This document shows positions 8,945 through 18,700 of a stretch of 41,018 nt of DNA, one piece after another (positions within the stretch are counted from its first letter, which is position 1; each line of letters opens with the position of its first letter). The DNA comes from Bradymonadales bacterium (GTDB lineage: Bacteria; Bdellovibrionota; UBA2394). Below the pieces are notes generated by a model, which was not told the origin of the DNA, did no database searches, and worked only from the letters and a program-made list of their open reading frames with translations. The position numbers and the translations under genes are program-made. The stretch lies in NCBI GenBank assembly GCA_007693605.1, contig REDG01000027.1, positions 1 to 41,018 of the forward strand, given 5' to 3'.

Positions 8945-9628
8945 ATGACCGACTTGAGCTGGAAAGATGATCGAACGCCGCTGTCTGTACAGTTTGACGA
9001 CATCTACTACGCAGATGAAGACGGTCTTGCCGAGGCTCGCTATATCTTCATCGAGGGCACAGATTTATGCGGCCAGCTCTCAAGTCGTGGGCGCCTTCAG
9101 GTCGCTGAGCTTGGTTTCGGAACCGGACTGAACTTTTTGGCCACTGTGGACTATCTTCAAAAGCTCCCCGACCATGAGATTAGCCTCCATTTTTTCAGTG
9201 TAGAGAAGTTCCCTCTCAGTAAGGATCAGATCCGTCGAGCTCTGTCCCGTTGGCCCGAGATTGACTCTTTGACATCCAAAATGCTCGCCCAGTATCAACC
9301 AGACACTGAGGGCTGGACGAAAGTTCACATCTCTGAATCCATTCAGCTCCATCTCTGGATCGGCGATGTCATTGATTTTTTGAAGCTTCTCCCAACGAAA
9401 ATCGACGCTTGGTACTTAGACGGCTTCTCCCCTCGAAAGAATCCGGAGATGTGGAGCACAGAGGTCTTTGAAGGAATCGCAAGGAAGTCTGCGCCCGGCT
9501 CAAGATTCTCAACCTTTGCCTCGGCGGGTTTTGTCCGAAGAGGTTTAGAGAGTTCTGGATTTCAAGTGCAGAAGCGGCCAGGCTTCGGTCGTAAACGAGA
9601 CTCGCTGTCGGGGCATTTTCTGAGATGA
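8945..9628 (+). CDS. mnmD: tRNA mnm5(s2)U34 methyltransferase (MnmC N-terminal domain, standalone)
   Basis: FDDIYY, ELGFGTGLNF, DAWYLDGFSP.KNPEMW, GFGRKR. Confidence 0.9.
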   Translation: MTDLSWKDDRTPLSVQFDDIYYADEDGLAEARYIFIEGTDLCGQLSSRGRLQVAELGFGTGLNFLATVDYLQKLPDHEISLHFFSVEKFPLSKDQIRRALSRWPEIDSLTSKMLAQYQPDTEGWTKVHISESIQLHLWIGDVIDFLKLLPTKIDAWYLDGFSPRKNPEMWSTEVFEGIARKSAPGSRFSTFASAGFVRRGLESSGFQVQKRPGFGRKRDSLSGHFLR

Positions 9629-10773
9629 AAGCGAACATCGGCATCATTGGCAGCGGCATTGCGAGTTGTTTACTTGCCTACCGACTGCACAAGCTTGGCG
9701 TCTCTTGCTGCCTATTCGAGTCTCGGCCTCAACTTCATGACGGCGCTTCTGGCAGTCTTACAGCGAATGTTGTCCCCCAGTTTACAAAGTCATCTAGCCC
9801 TTTGAGCAGAAGTCTCAATGAATGCTTTCTTGAGGCCATCGAGTTTTATGCGCGCTTTAAGAACTGGCGGCCTTGCGGCGCTCATTTTCTTTTTCACAGC
9901 AATGCTGATCGAGAGAAATATCAAGCGGTTCAAATCGATCCCCGATTCAAGGCAAGCTTTTTAAGCCCCGAAGAAACGAGAGAAGTTTCTAGTTTTCCGA
10001 CCCAGTCCGACTCTCTCTTTGTCCAAGAGGCTGGCTATGTCTACGCAAAGAAGCTCTGCGAAGAGATCCTGTCAGAAACGGACTCTCAACAGTTCATTCG
10101 ATCCCAGGTGACTCAGATTGAAAGGCTTCCGAGCGGGTCGTGGCGCCTGCTTACCCAAGATGGAGGATCTAGCACTTTCCCGATCGTGGTTTTGGCCAAC
10201 GCTTTTGAAGCGATGGCGTTTACTGAAGCCGCCTGGCTCCCCCTCAGACAGGTCAGGGGTCAGTCTGTCGAACTTCGTTCAAATCTTGAGTCTCGAAAAC
10301 TCTCAAAGCTACTTTGCTTTGAAGGCAGCTTGACTCCTTGCCTGACGGGCGATCGTCATCATTTAGGTGGAACCTATCGACATGAAAATTTCCATGATAT
10401 CCCCCAAGCCGATGAAACGGCAGATCTTCTCGGTCGACTTCAGAGGCACTTCCCTTCGCTCGAAGGTCTCGAGCCCTTAGGCTCAAGAGCCCGAGTGAGA
10501 AACACAACTCCTGATCACTTTCCAATTCTTGGCGCTGCCACCAACAGAGAGGCTGAGCCGCTTCCTGGCCTCTTCTTCTTTCTTGGGCTCGGCTCTCGCG
10601 GATTCTCGTGGGGTCCGAGCTTAAGCCGAATCTTGGCAGAAGAAATCCTGAAAACCCCAGAACTAGAATTGGCCGAAAGGGATCGAAAACTTCTTCAAGT
10701 GGTGCGGCCATGCCGCTTCTTGAATGACATGAAGGACCTAAAAGCTCTGGGCAAACAGAGCCGAGTATTCTAA
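9625..10773 (+). CDS. mnmC: FAD-dependent cmnm5(s2)U34 oxidoreductase (MnmC C-terminal domain, standalone)
   Basis: GSGIAS FAD motif, GASG, VRGQ, TPDHFPILG, GLGSRG; ATGA overlap with mnmD. Confidence 0.85.
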   Translation: MKANIGIIGSGIASCLLAYRLHKLGVSCCLFESRPQLHDGASGSLTANVVPQFTKSSSPLSRSLNECFLEAIEFYARFKNWRPCGAHFLFHSNADREKYQAVQIDPRFKASFLSPEETREVSSFPTQSDSLFVQEAGYVYAKKLCEEILSETDSQQFIRSQVTQIERLPSGSWRLLTQDGGSSTFPIVVLANAFEAMAFTEAAWLPLRQVRGQSVELRSNLESRKLSKLLCFEGSLTPCLTGDRHHLGGTYRHENFHDIPQADETADLLGRLQRHFPSLEGLEPLGSRARVRNTTPDHFPILGAATNREAEPLPGLFFFLGLGSRGFSWGPSLSRILAEEILKTPELELAERDRKLLQVVRPCRFLNDMKDLKALGKQSRVF

Positions 10774-10785
10774 AAATGAGAGTCG

Positions 10786-13371
10786 ATGTCGAAGTCCATT
10801 GCCCCCAACGCTCCCCTAGATCTGCTTCCGAAACACTTTGATTCGAAAACAGCAGAAACGCGCTGGTCTGAATATTGGGAGCAAAAGGAAGTTTACAACT
10901 TCGATTTTGACAAGCCTCGATCTAGTAACTTTTGCATTGATACCCCCCCGCCCACGGTCTCTGGCTCTCTTCATATCGGGCATGTCTTTAGCTATGTTCA
11001 GACAGATATTATTGCTCGATTTCAGAGAATGTCTGGAAAGAATGTCTTTTACCCCATGGGATGGGATGACAATGGACTGCCCACTGAAAGAAGAGTGCAA
11101 AGCCTCTATCATGTCCGCTGCGATCCGGCCCTTCCTTACGATCCGAATCTCGAACTAGAGATTCCCTCAGCAAAAGAAAAGAAAGATCGAGCTAGAACTA
11201 TTTCTAGAAAGAATTTCATTGAGCTTTGTCAAAGAGTGACATTGGAGGACGAAAAGGCCTTCATGAGCTTGTTCAGGAGGATTGGCCTTTCAGTTGATTG
11301 GCGCTTGGAGTACGCCACCATTAACGATCACTGTCGTCGCATTGCTCAATACAGCTTTCTAGATCTTTTTGAGAAGTCAGAAGTGTACCAAGTTGAGGCC
11401 CCCTGTCTTTGGGATGTCGACTTTCAGACAGCCGTGGCCCAAGCCGAATTAGAAGACCGAGAATTGGAGGGCGCCTTTCATCACATTCAGTTTGGTGTTC
11501 GAGACTCCAAGGACCAGTTTGTCATTGCCACCACTCGGCCTGAATTGCTTCCCTCTTGCATTGGAGTCACGGCGCATCCAGATGATTCAAGATACAAGGG
11601 ACTGATTGGCAAGGAGGCGATTAGCCCTCTGTTCTCTTGCCCTGTTCCCATTTTTGCCAGTGATCGGGTCGATCCCGAAAAGGGGACTGGTATTTTGATG
11701 GTATGCAGCTTCGGCGATCAAACCGATGTTCATTGGTGGAAAGAACAGAAGCTAGTATCGCGGCAACTCATCGGAAAAACAGGTCGATTTGAAGGGGCAG
11801 CCTTTGGCGAAGAGCCATTTCCAAGTTTAGACGCTGAGACAGCGCAAAATCACTACGATCAGATCGCGGGCAAGAATGTCAAGCAAGCCAGACAGAAGAT
11901 CGTTGAACTTCTTTCACAAGAAGGGACAGCACCCGTTGGAAAAGGCCCTGCTCTGACAAAAGCTCCGCAGAAGATCAATCACTCCGTAAAGTTTTATGAG
12001 AAAGGAGAGCGACCACTCGAGTTCATTAGTACTCGGCAATGGTTCGTTTCTTTGTTGAAGCACAAATCAAAAATGCTCGCACAGGCAGATCAGATTAATT
12101 GGCACCCAGACTATATGAAGGCTCGATATCGAAGTTGGACAGAGAATCTTAACTTAGATTGGTGCATTAGCCGACAACGGTATTTTGGAGTTCCAATTCC
12201 AGTCTGGTATAAACTCGACGCCCAAGCCAAACCTCTTTTTGAACAGGCCATTCTGCCTGCGCTTGATCAGCTTCCAATTGATCCGATGACCGATTGTCCT
12301 CCGTCTTATTCCGAGTCTCAAAGAGACCAACCCAACGGCTTCACCGGAGAAATGGATGTCTTCGATACTTGGTTCACCAGCTCAATGAGCCCCCAAATCA
12401 GCAGCCATTGGCCGCTCGATTCAAAAAGGCACGAGCGAATATTCCCGATGGATCTTCGCCCCCAGGGGCATGAGATTATTCGAACCTGGGCTTTTTATAC
12501 GATCGCGAAAGCCCTCCTTCATGAAGAGAAGGTTCCATGGAAGAATATTGCGCTCTCCGGCTGGATTGTGGACCCCCATCGAAAGAAGATGTCAAAAAGT
12601 AAGGGGAACACCATCACCCCGAGCAGTCTGTTGGACGACTATGGTGCCGATGCTATCCGATATTGGGCTGCGAATGCTCGCTTAGGGGCAGATACAGCCT
12701 ACGATGAGAAAGTTTTTAAAGTCGGACGAAGGCTTGTCACAAAGCTTTATAATGCCTCCAGGTTTGTTTTATCTCAGAAGTCGATCGAATCAGATCATTG
12801 GGAAAGCCTTGATCTCAGTTTTCTTTGTAGACTGAAAGACTTGGTCTCCAAAACAAGAGTTGAGCTTGAGAGCTTTAACTATGCTCAAGCTCTCAGTGAA
12901 ATTGAAAAGTTTTTTTGGAACTCTTTTACAGACACCTACCTTGAACTCGTCAAGCTGCGCGCAAAGAAAGGAGATAAGGCCGCAAGCTCTTGTGTCAGAA
13001 CATTAAGGCTCAGCCTAAAGATTCTGTTGAGGTTGTTTTCAGTTTACCTTCCCTTCATTTGCGAAGAGATCTGGAGCTGGGAATTCAATAAAGAGAACGG
13101 GAGACGAAGCATTCATCAGATGCCCTGGCCAAGCCTTGCAAATGATTTTAAAGACATTCCGATGCCAAGCTCTGATTCTCAATTTGAGTTAGCACTTAAG
13201 CTGTTTTCTGCCATCAACAAGCATAAGACAGGGCTCAGTCTGTCGTTGATGGCCGAGCTTGATGAGTTTGAGTTGAAACTGAGTGAAAGCGAGCGGGCCA
13301 TATTTCAATTCGTGCTCCCAGACCTTCAGGCCGCCACAAAGGTCAAAGAATTTAAAGTTGTTCCGGCTTAA
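10786..13371 (+). CDS. valS: Valine--tRNA ligase, type 2 (archaeal/actinobacterial-like)
   Basis: DTPPPTVSGSLHIGH, GWDDNGLPTERRV, DWCISRQR, QGHEIIRTW, KMSKS; no C-terminal coiled coil. Confidence 0.95.
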   Translation: MSKSIAPNAPLDLLPKHFDSKTAETRWSEYWEQKEVYNFDFDKPRSSNFCIDTPPPTVSGSLHIGHVFSYVQTDIIARFQRMSGKNVFYPMGWDDNGLPTERRVQSLYHVRCDPALPYDPNLELEIPSAKEKKDRARTISRKNFIELCQRVTLEDEKAFMSLFRRIGLSVDWRLEYATINDHCRRIAQYSFLDLFEKSEVYQVEAPCLWDVDFQTAVAQAELEDRELEGAFHHIQFGVRDSKDQFVIATTRPELLPSCIGVTAHPDDSRYKGLIGKEAISPLFSCPVPIFASDRVDPEKGTGILMVCSFGDQTDVHWWKEQKLVSRQLIGKTGRFEGAAFGEEPFPSLDAETAQNHYDQIAGKNVKQARQKIVELLSQEGTAPVGKGPALTKAPQKINHSVKFYEKGERPLEFISTRQWFVSLLKHKSKMLAQADQINWHPDYMKARYRSWTENLNLDWCISRQRYFGVPIPVWYKLDAQAKPLFEQAILPALDQLPIDPMTDCPPSYSESQRDQPNGFTGEMDVFDTWFTSSMSPQISSHWPLDSKRHERIFPMDLRPQGHEIIRTWAFYTIAKALLHEEKVPWKNIALSGWIVDPHRKKMSKSKGNTITPSSLLDDYGADAIRYWAANARLGADTAYDEKVFKVGRRLVTKLYNASRFVLSQKSIESDHWESLDLSFLCRLKDLVSKTRVELESFNYAQALSEIEKFFWNSFTDTYLELVKLRAKKGDKAASSCVRTLRLSLKILLRLFSVYLPFICEEIWSWEFNKENGRRSIHQMPWPSLANDFKDIPMPSSDSQFELALKLFSAINKHKTGLSLSLMAELDEFELKLSESERAIFQFVLPDLQAATKVKEFKVVPA

Positions 13372-13403
13372 AAAAAGTCAGGAGCAAGAGCCCCTGACCT
13401 TTT
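13372..13403. terminator. Putative bidirectional intrinsic terminator
   Basis: A-run, GTCAGG..CCTGAC stem and T-run between convergent valS and redoxin genes. Confidence 0.55.
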
Positions 13404-13429
13404 CATCCAACAAAGACTTATGCTTCCAA

Positions 13430-14095
13430 TTAGGAAGGATTTCTCCACTTGATGGTGCAGCCCCGAGAAACCGTCTGTGCTTTTGTAATTGGTTTTCCCT
13501 CTACCAGTGCCGTCAAAGCAACCCGAAGAAAGTCGTCTTCAGATCCCTGGGCGGGCGCCTCTCGATGATTGCTGTCAATCGCTCCCGTGTAGACCAATCG
13601 GTTGTTCGCATCGAAAAGGAAGATCTCAGGCGTTCGAGTGGCTCCAAACAGTCGGGCGACCTTCGAAGTCGAATCGACAACATAAGGAATAGGAGTAGTA
13701 AGCTCTGTATTCTCAACCAGGTTCGCCATTTGAGTTCTCATATGATCCGGATGGTCCCGCTTTTCTGCCTCGTAATCATTCGGATTGATATAGATCGTAT
13801 TGATTCCTTTAGCACGAAACTCCTCGACGAGATTTGCAAGTCTGGGGTCCCAAGCCACAACGAAGGGGCAGTGAACACAAGTGAAGACCACTAAAGTCCC
13901 CTTTTCTCCCTTCACCGACTGTAGAGTGTATTCCTTCCCATCGATGCCTTTCATTTTGCCCCAATCCTCTGCAATGACCGGCATGGGTGAGTTGATTCCA
14001 AATCGACCCTGAGCCTTTTCCGCCTTCTGATCTGCCATCAAAGCAGAACCTAAGCCTAGAGATGCAATGAAGATAAATCCGAATAGTTTTTTCAT
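13430..14095 (-). CDS. Exported thioredoxin/redoxin family protein
   Basis: Signal peptide, FTCVHCPFV, GATRTPE, YTGAID, GCTIKW. Confidence 0.88.
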   Translation of the reverse strand: MKKLFGFIFIASLGLGSALMADQKAEKAQGRFGINSPMPVIAEDWGKMKGIDGKEYTLQSVKGEKGTLVVFTCVHCPFVVAWDPRLANLVEEFRAKGINTIYINPNDYEAEKRDHPDHMRTQMANLVENTELTTPIPYVVDSTSKVARLFGATRTPEIFLFDANNRLVYTGAIDSNHREAPAQGSEDDFLRVALTALVEGKPITKAQTVSRGCTIKWRNPS

Positions 14096-14138
14096 AAGAG
14101 CCTCACTTTCAGTTGCTAAAATAATCGATTAAAGAGCC

Positions 14139-14684
14139 TTAGAAATTCGTACCGACCTCATGGTTCAAAATCTCTCCGACTCGATCCTTGAAATACTCAA
14201 AACTTCGATCTCCAATCCAAAAATCTCGAATCTCTGCTTGAGAGTCATAGATCGCCGTTGCGGGCAGGGCCCCAGACCATTCCGGATGAAGCCCTCGAAT
14301 AAACTCTTCATCAGAGCCGCCCATCAAATAGGTTTCGAAATCAACTCCCTGACTGGACAAGAAGGCCAAGACCTTTTCCTGATCCTCTTCGACATCGGCG
14401 GAGACAAAAATCAAATCGAAGTCCTCGGGGCTTAGCTCTCTCTTTAATCTCATTAGATAAGGAAACTCTTCTAAGCAAGGAAGACACCAAGTTGCCCAAA
14501 CATTGACTAGCTTCACCCTTGCTCTAGAAGCTTGAACTCTCTCATGAAGACCCTCAATTTCAACTGTCACCAGATACTCTGAACCCAAGGCCGGCCGCGT
14601 AAAATTAGGTGCCGTACGAACCACAAAATAAAGAATGACGGCAATCAAGGCGACCAGCGCAATCACTGAGAACTTTTGAGACAT
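14139..14684 (-). CDS. TlpA-like thiol:disulfide oxidoreductase
   Basis: N-terminal membrane anchor, NVWATWCLPCLEEFP, GALPAT. Confidence 0.88.
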   Translation of the reverse strand: MSQKFSVIALVALIAVILYFVVRTAPNFTRPALGSEYLVTVEIEGLHERVQASRARVKLVNVWATWCLPCLEEFPYLMRLKRELSPEDFDLIFVSADVEEDQEKVLAFLSSQGVDFETYLMGGSDEEFIRGLHPEWSGALPATAIYDSQAEIRDFWIGDRSFEYFKDRVGEILNHEVGTNF

Positions 14685-14750
14685 CTAGGCAATCCTATCT
14701 AAAATTGAAAAATTCTTCCAGAAAACTGCCTCCACGATTATGCTGCGCCC

Positions 14751-15248
14751 ATGGCCCCTTCTAAGCATCTAATTCTGCTTCGCCACGCCCACCGCGATGT
14801 GTCGGACCGGCGCCTCGACAACGGCTTAAGTGAAAGAGGAATAAAGCAAGCCCATCGAGTCGCTCAAATCCTTTCAGAAAGAGTTAGGGCTTTAGGGCTT
14901 CCAATCACAATTCTCACAAGTCCAAAACTGCGCTGCCAGGAAACCGTGCAAGAACTTGGAGAAAGATTGTCTATTCCAGTGATTATTGACCAAAGCCTTG
15001 ATGAGAGATCCGAGTCTGAAGACTCTGATACATTCAATCAGCGACTAGAAAGCTGGATCGACAAGCTAAAGAGCTCACAAGAGATTGTGGTGGCTGCTAG
15101 TCACGGAGACATTCTGCCGGAACTCCTATTCAAACTCACTGGAGTCCACTCTGAGATCGGCAAATCCGGTTGGGCACACTTGAGCCCAAAGGGATCAAGT
15201 TGGGTGATCGCAGATTTCGTTCAAAAGGTGGATGAGATCGCCACCTAA
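14751..15248 (+). CDS. Histidine phosphatase family protein (SixA/PGM-like)
   Basis: LLRHA, LSERG, SPKLRCQET, SHGD. Confidence 0.85.
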   Translation: MAPSKHLILLRHAHRDVSDRRLDNGLSERGIKQAHRVAQILSERVRALGLPITILTSPKLRCQETVQELGERLSIPVIIDQSLDERSESEDSDTFNQRLESWIDKLKSSQEIVVAASHGDILPELLFKLTGVHSEIGKSGWAHLSPKGSSWVIADFVQKVDEIAT

Positions 15249-15259
15249 TGGTCCGACCA

Positions 15260-15526
15260 CTAGTGGTCCAACCGGTAAATTTTTTCATGTTGTGAATCAA
15301 GCTTTTGCTTCGAATCAAGGCGCGAGGGTGGGATCAGGTTGGGTACCTATGCCATCCCGAGCAACGCTGAGTCGAGGCAAAAGCTTGATTCCCTTCGGGC
15401 TGGACCCCTTTGAGCCGATGCGGCGTTGTCGCTCGTTGCATTCGTTCAATATGCGCCTCGCTGCCGTCTTGCATCGCCTCAAACTGGCCTCAGCACAACA
15501 CGGAAACAATTTACCGGGACCACTAG
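15260..15526. mobile_element. MITE-like element with ~33-bp TIRs, CTAG ends and two internal hairpins
   Basis: Left CTAGTGGTCCAACCGGTAAATTTTTTCATGTTGTG vs right (revcomp) CTAGTGGTCCCGGTAAATTGTTTCCGTGTTGTG; internal IRs 15294-15391 and 15409-15483. Confidence 0.7.
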
Positions 15527-16107
15527 GCCTCAAGATTCTTTTGAACAAAGTCCCAGTTCACCAAATTCCAGAAGGCCTCCAAGTACTTGGGCCTCGCATT
15601 TCGATAATCAATATAGTACGCGTGTTCCCAGACATCACAGGTCAAAAGGGCCTTCATTCCATGCTTCATCGGCAAGTCTGCATTCGAAGTCTGCTCAATC
15701 GATAGGCTGCCATCTGGCTTCTTCACAAGCCACGCCCAGCCCGAACCAAACAAATTCACAGACTTGTTTGTAAACTCCTCTTTGAACGCTGGAAAGGAAC
15801 CAAAGGACTGAGTGATTTTTTCTCCCAGGCTTCCCTTCGGTTCCCCATGACTTTTAGGGGTCAGACAATTCCAATAAAAGCTATGATTCCAGACCTGGGC
15901 CGCATTATTAAAAACCGGACCTGAATCCGCCTTCATAATAAGCTCTTCCAAGGGCATCTTCGCCTCAGGCTTTCCTTCCACAAGCCCATTTAGTTTATCG
16001 ACATAGGTCTTGTGGTGTTTTGCATAATGAAACTCGAGAGTCTCTTTTGAAATATGAGGCTGAAGAGCCTCCATCGCATAGGGAAGTTTGGGAAGGGAAA
16101 AGCTCAT
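15523..16107 (-). CDS. sodB: Superoxide dismutase [Fe]
   Basis: HYAKHH, FNNAAQVWNH (Fe-type), FGSGWAW, DVWEHAYYIDY. Confidence 0.95.
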   Translation of the reverse strand: MSFSLPKLPYAMEALQPHISKETLEFHYAKHHKTYVDKLNGLVEGKPEAKMPLEELIMKADSGPVFNNAAQVWNHSFYWNCLTPKSHGEPKGSLGEKITQSFGSFPAFKEEFTNKSVNLFGSGWAWLVKKPDGSLSIEQTSNADLPMKHGMKALLTCDVWEHAYYIDYRNARPKYLEAFWNLVNWDFVQKNLEA

Positions 16108-16173
16108 ACCAACGACCGTCCTTTCTAAATGACAAAATTTTTAACTAAGCTGTTGATTTCACCAAAAGCACAA

Positions 16174-16857
16174 CTAAGGCCGAGCAAACAACGAGGAAAG
16201 GCTTTGCTCAGCACTTTCTAAGCCCTTCTTACTTAGCATTTTCGATGCAAAAGGCAAAGAGCGCCGGGTGTAAATCTCCTCAATCTCGCTTTGCTCCTCA
16301 CGACTGAGAATTGCCCAAACAGGCTTCTCGACCTGAATCCTTCGCCAAATCTCAAAGAGACAGATTCCGGCAGCCACAGAAATATTGAAGCTCTTCGAAA
16401 ATCCGGTCATAGGTATCCGAAACTTCAGGTCAGCCGCCTGTCTCAGCTCCTCAGAGACTCCGTCTTTTTCGTTTCCAAAAGTAAGGGCGAGAGGTCGGTC
16501 AAGCGGAAGATCTGTCAGAGCAAGTGCGGCTTCAGGATCGGACACAGCGATTTTGTATCCCCTAGATCGTAAATCAAGCAAGCAGGCACGAGTGGACTGC
16601 CACGGCTTCAAAAACAACCATTGATCCGCCCCTTGGGTCGTGCGACTCGACTGTTTGAAAGACAGATTGCGAGTAATCAAATGAAGCTCGTGAAAACCCA
16701 AGGCTTCAGCCGAGCGGCACACAGCCGAGATATTCCCCATATTATGAATATCCTCTAAAATGAGGGGGAGCCGAAGTCGGGCACGCGAAACCTCCGCAAT
16801 TCTGTTTCGCCTGCTCTCAGAAATAAAGGACCCCAAAATCTCTCTAGACTCTGACAT
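16174..16857 (-). CDS. TrmH/SpoU family RNA 2'-O-methyltransferase
   Basis: N.SAV.RSAEALG, FGNEKDGVS, IPM.GFSKSFNISVA; ATG 16857 with GGGGAG SD. Confidence 0.88.
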   Translation of the reverse strand: MSESREILGSFISESRRNRIAEVSRARLRLPLILEDIHNMGNISAVCRSAEALGFHELHLITRNLSFKQSSRTTQGADQWLFLKPWQSTRACLLDLRSRGYKIAVSDPEAALALTDLPLDRPLALTFGNEKDGVSEELRQAADLKFRIPMTGFSKSFNISVAAGICLFEIWRRIQVEKPVWAILSREEQSEIEEIYTRRSLPFASKMLSKKGLESAEQSLSSLFARP

Positions 16858-16950
16858 GCTCCCCTCTACTCTGAGTTTTGGGTGGTTTACAAGGCCTGGC
16901 TCTATTTTCCTTTGAGTTTTTTGAAAATGTCGATTAAGGGCGGGATTGAA

Positions 16951-17790
16951 GTGAATATTCGAACGGTCGATTATCAGTCCCCTCAGGCTCCAGAGCAGCT
17001 TTCGAGCTCCTTTCGAGAAACGGGTTTTGCGGTGATCTCCAATCACCCCATTTCAAAGACCCTCATTGAAGAAGTCTATGCAGACTGGGAGAATTTTTTT
17101 TCTTCCGACCAAAAAAGTGAATATCTATTTAATCCGAACACTCAAGCTGGCTACTTCCCCTTTCGTACGGAGAACGCCAAAGATTCTGCCAAAAAAGATC
17201 TCAAAGAGTTCTTTCATATTTATCCAAATCATCCAATCCCCCACGGAATCAGAAAGTCTTCTCTTGAGCTGAGGGATCATCTCTTAAGCATCGGAACGAA
17301 ACTGCTGGGCTGGCTCGACCAAAAAACACCGGAAGACATTCGACGGAAATTCTCTCAGCCCCTTGATCAAATGTTAGAGGGCAGCCCAAAGAATTTGTTT
17401 CGAATCATTCACTACCCTCCTCTTGATGGGACTGAAGAAGTGGGGGCTGTTCGGGCTTCGGCGCACGAAGACATCGACATGATCACGCTACTGCCGGCGT
17501 CGACAGAGATGGGACTCCAGGTGAAAGACCAAAGCGGAAATTGGCATGAAGTCCCCGGGGGCTTTGGCGAACTCGTCGTGAATGTCGGAGATATGTTACA
17601 AATGGCAAGTGCTGGCTTTTATCGGTCGACCACCCATCGAGTCATCAACCCCAAGGGAGATGCCGCAAAAAGATCGAGGTATTCGATGCCCCTCTTTTGT
17701 CACCCTCGACCGGATGTGATTCTTTCTGAGGAGCATACGGCCGACAGCTATTTGACACAGAGACTTAGAGAAATCGGACTGGCCCAGTAG
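16951..17790 (+). CDS. 2OG-Fe(II) oxygenase (isopenicillin N synthase-like family)
   Basis: RIIHYPP, HEDID, NVGDMLQ, STTHRV, RYSMP (HxD..H..RxS). Confidence 0.9.
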   Translation: MNIRTVDYQSPQAPEQLSSSFRETGFAVISNHPISKTLIEEVYADWENFFSSDQKSEYLFNPNTQAGYFPFRTENAKDSAKKDLKEFFHIYPNHPIPHGIRKSSLELRDHLLSIGTKLLGWLDQKTPEDIRRKFSQPLDQMLEGSPKNLFRIIHYPPLDGTEEVGAVRASAHEDIDMITLLPASTEMGLQVKDQSGNWHEVPGGFGELVVNVGDMLQMASAGFYRSTTHRVINPKGDAAKRSRYSMPLFCHPRPDVILSEEHTADSYLTQRLREIGLAQ

Positions 17791-17872
17791 TCCAAGCTGG
17801 ATAAACCAGATGGGCCCTCCATACTCAGTTGAATAGAGGGCGCTGATAGATACAGGCCTGCCTGTGAATTTG

Positions 17873-18105
17873 GCATGAGTTTTGGAAGACAGCCGATGGG
17901 GCTCTCCGAGCGGCTGGGCCGTTAGACGAAGTAAAAAATTGTTGGCGCGAGGAGGAGCGGGCCCAGGAAGCCCTCGAAGATGTTTGGAATTCTAGGCGGT
18001 CCCCAGCGGATGCTTCCAAAAACTCATGCTGCACTCTGAAATGAAGGAGCCTAGTATGACACAAAAGCCTGGAGCGACGCAGCCGCCGAAGCAGGCGACG
18101 CTCCC
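17873..18105. repeat. Composite degenerate palindromic intergenic element
   Basis: GCATGAGTTTTGGAAG/CTTCCAAAAACTCATGC IR (17873-18029); AGCGACGCAGCCGCCGAAGC segment shared with 40349-40368. Confidence 0.5.
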
Positions 18106-18106
18106 A

Positions 18107-18661
18107 CTATCTGAACTGAAGAAACTCAGCCCTAGTTGTCGGATCTCGAAACTGACCGAGCAAACAACTTGTGACCATTTCTGCAGGAGTCTTGACGCCC
18201 CTCATGGCCATGCACTGATGAGTCGCCCGAAGAATCACTCCAACACCATGTGGCTTTAGGTGCTCCATAATGGAATGAGCGATTTGTTGGGTGAGCTTCT
18301 CTTGCACTTGAAGTCGCCGAGAAAAACAGTGAACCACTCGACCCAGCTTTGACAGACCAACAATCTTTTGGTTTGGAAGATAGCCAATGGTGGCCCTTCC
18401 GTGAAACGGCAACAAATGATGCTCGCAAAGCGACCAAAACTCAATATCTCTAACCACTACTAGCTCGTCACAGGCCTCTTCGAAAGTTGTCGACAAGATT
18501 TCGGCGGGATTCTGTCGATAGCCATCGGTGAGCTCTCTCAAAGACCTTGCAACTCTCTGAGGAGTTTGCAAGAGCCCCTCCCGATCGGGATTCTCCCCTA
18601 AAAACTCTAGTAAATCTTTGACTGCCGCTTCTGCTTTCGTAAACTGATCTTGCACCGCCAT
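18107..18661 (-). CDS. folE: GTP cyclohydrolase I
   Basis: REGLLQTP.RV, SLCEHHLLPF, GLSKL.R, RLQVQE, H.CM.MRGV. Confidence 0.96.
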   Translation of the reverse strand: MAVQDQFTKAEAAVKDLLEFLGENPDREGLLQTPQRVARSLRELTDGYRQNPAEILSTTFEEACDELVVVRDIEFWSLCEHHLLPFHGRATIGYLPNQKIVGLSKLGRVVHCFSRRLQVQEKLTQQIAHSIMEHLKPHGVGVILRATHQCMAMRGVKTPAEMVTSCLLGQFRDPTTRAEFLQFR

Positions 18662-18700
18662 GGATTATCGTCTTTTAAAGAAACTGAGAAGGGCTTAGAC

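Noticed and set aside
13283..13894. 203-aa ORF and the many other short overlapping ORFs in the track
   Set aside because: Shadow frames of well-supported genes with no motifs
15232..15705. 157-aa plus-strand ORF
   Set aside because: Runs through the MITE and antisense to sodB; no recognisable domain
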